A stretch of DNA of 50,203 nt, from assembly GCA_026025795.1 (NCBI GenBank), contig JAPEUG010000094.1:1-50203 (forward strand). The letters are read 5' to 3'. The position numbers and the translations under genes are program-made. The stretch's first letter is position 1; every line of letters begins with the position of its first letter. The notes below the pieces were generated by a model. It was not told the DNA's origin. It saw only the letters and a program-made list of their open reading frames with translations, and searched no databases. Shown one piece after another: positions 48,401 to 50,203 of this stretch. Source of the DNA: Thelocarpon superellum (taxonomy: Eukaryota).

Positions 48401-50203
48401 ATGATGACTTCTGTGACTCTTGAAACGCCGGCGACTGGCAAATATCACCAGCCTACAGGACTGTAAGTGCCATCTCTGTGCGTGGCGTTTCTCATTCAGG
48501 ACGGAGACGAGTACGAGTACGCTGGCTCGGCCTGAGCCGAGGATGTTCGTGGCGAGCGTCTCGCGAACGATTCACAGTTCGTGGCGCGCGCTAAATCTCA
48601 ATGGATCGAGTGATAAATCAAAGTGATCTGACACGGTGGAAACAGATTCATCAACAATGAATTTGTGAAGGGGGTCGACGGAAAGACCTTCGAGACGGTG
48701 CGTCGTCTTTGAACCCAGCGAGGGGGCGGGAAAAGGGACTGACGTCGGCGTCATAGATTAACCCAACGTTCGTGCCACGTCCACAGGCCTCGATATCCCA
48801 CGCACTAACCTGGCCGCAGCAATGAAAAGCCCATCACCTCTGTCCACGAAGCCACGGAGAAGGATGTCGACATCGCGGTCGCGGCGGCGCGCAAGGCCTT
48901 CGAGGGCGAGTGGCGAGTGGTGACGCCTGAGCAGCGAGGCAAATGGCTGGTCAAGCTGTCTGAGCTGATCGAGAAGAATGCCGATATTCTCGCGGCCGTG
49001 GAGGCACTGGACAATGGAAAGGCGATCAGCATGGCCAAGGTGGACGTCAGCATGGTGGCTGGGTGCCTGCGGTACTATGGTGGATGGGCCGACAAGATCG
49101 AAGGCAAGACCATCGACACGAACCCGGAAACCTTCAACTACACCCGGCAGGAGCCCGTTTGTGCTCCCCTCCTCCGGCTACATTAACGCATTGCTGACTG
49201 ACCCGGCGAAAGATTGGCGTCTGCGCTCAGATCATTCCATGGAACTTTCCCCTGCTCATGTGGGCCTGGAAGATTGGCCCGGCCATTGCTACGGGGAACA
49301 CGGTCGTCCTCAAGACGGCTGAGCAAACCCCGCTCTCCGCTCTAGTAGCCGCCCAGTACATCAAGGAGGCCGGATTCCCTCCCGGCGTGATCAACATCAT
49401 TTCGGGCTTCGGTAAGGTGGCGGGTGCGGCACTGTCGGCCCACATGGACGTGGACAAGGTCGCCTTCACCGGCTCGACCGTGGTCGGTCGGCAGATCATG
49501 AAGGCGGCCGCGAGCTCCAACCTGAAGAAGGTCACGCTCGAGCTCGGAGGGAAGAGCCCGAACATTGTCTTTGACGACGCTGACATCGACAATGCCATCT
49601 CCTGGGTCAACTTTGGTATCTTCTTCAATCACGGCCAATGTTGCTGCGCCGGCTCGCGCGTCTACGTGCAAGAGGGCATCTACGACGAATTCGTCAAACG
49701 CTTCACCGCCCGTGCCCAGGCCAACAAGGTCGGAGATCCGTTCAAGGGCGACACCTTCCAAGGCCCGCAGGTTTCACAGCTACAGTTTGATCGTATCATG
49801 GGGTTCGTCAACTGCTTTTCACATTCCCTGCTCGTCCTACTCACGGCCGGACAGATACATTGACGATGGCAAGAAGGCCGGGGCCACAGTGGAGGTTGGA
49901 GGCGAGCGTGAAGGCAAGGAGGGATACTTCATCAAGCCCACCATCTTCTCCAATGTGACGGAGGATATGAAAATCATGCAGGAGGAGATCTTTGGCCCTG
50001 TGTGCTCGATTGCCAAGTTCAAGACGGTGGAGGATGCCATTCGCGTCGGCAACGCCACCACTTATGGTCTTGCGTCGGCTGTCCACACCTCCAACCTCAA
50101 GACGGCCATCAGCGTCTCAAACGCGCTCCGTGCCGGAACGGTGAGTCGACGATATCCATCCAGCATCTGCCTACCGCTGCATGATCTGACAGGGTGTCTA
50201 GGT
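48401..50203 (+). CDS. aldA: NAD-dependent aldehyde dehydrogenase (ALDH1/2 family, aldA-like), 3'-partial
   Basis: Exons 48401-48462, 48646-48697, 48757-48767, 48820-49156, 49213-49802, 49855-50140, then from 50202. 446 codons in frame. Motifs [31 protein letters not shown] (catalytic Glu), GQCCCAGS (catalytic Cys), EEIFGP. Confidence 0.95.

Noticed and set aside
48463..48645. Long ALDH intron 1 (183 nt) as a possible stwintron or snoRNA host
   Set aside because: Single canonical GTAAGT...CTGAC...CAG intron. No internal intron splits a splice signal and there is no proper box C (RTGATGA) / box D pair.

Overview
Eukaryotic, intron-containing DNA from a GC-rich filamentous ascomycete (Pezizomycotina-type 50-100 nt GT-AG introns with CTRAC branch points). 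Thirteen protein-coding genes could be modelled by hand: PGA2-like (+), a 7-exon ~1770-aa WD40 protein (-), a T5orf172/GIY-YIG-domain protein with a C-terminal membrane anchor (+), UPF3 (-), SIT4/PP6 (+), THR4 (+), a conserved hypothetical protein (-), an alpha/beta hydrolase (+), a second conserved hypothetical protein (-), a Zn(II)2Cys6 transcription factor (-), and a co-oriented aquaglyceroporin, atypical SDR and aldehyde dehydrogenase (the last runs off the 3' end). Most other ORFs in the six-frame track are antisense or GC-driven shadows. I found no rRNA, tRNA, CRISPR array or intact transposon. The best second-look items are the zinc-finger-like/GIY-YIG/transmembrane protein, a GC-AG intron in UPF3, an 11-nt microexon in ALDH, a Tyr-to-Phe SDR next to an NPA/NMA aquaglyceroporin and ALDH, candidate UTR introns, and two compositionally odd intergenic segments that may be decayed genes. 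No clearly new multi-gene system is demonstrated. Family assignments come from recalled motifs, not database searches.
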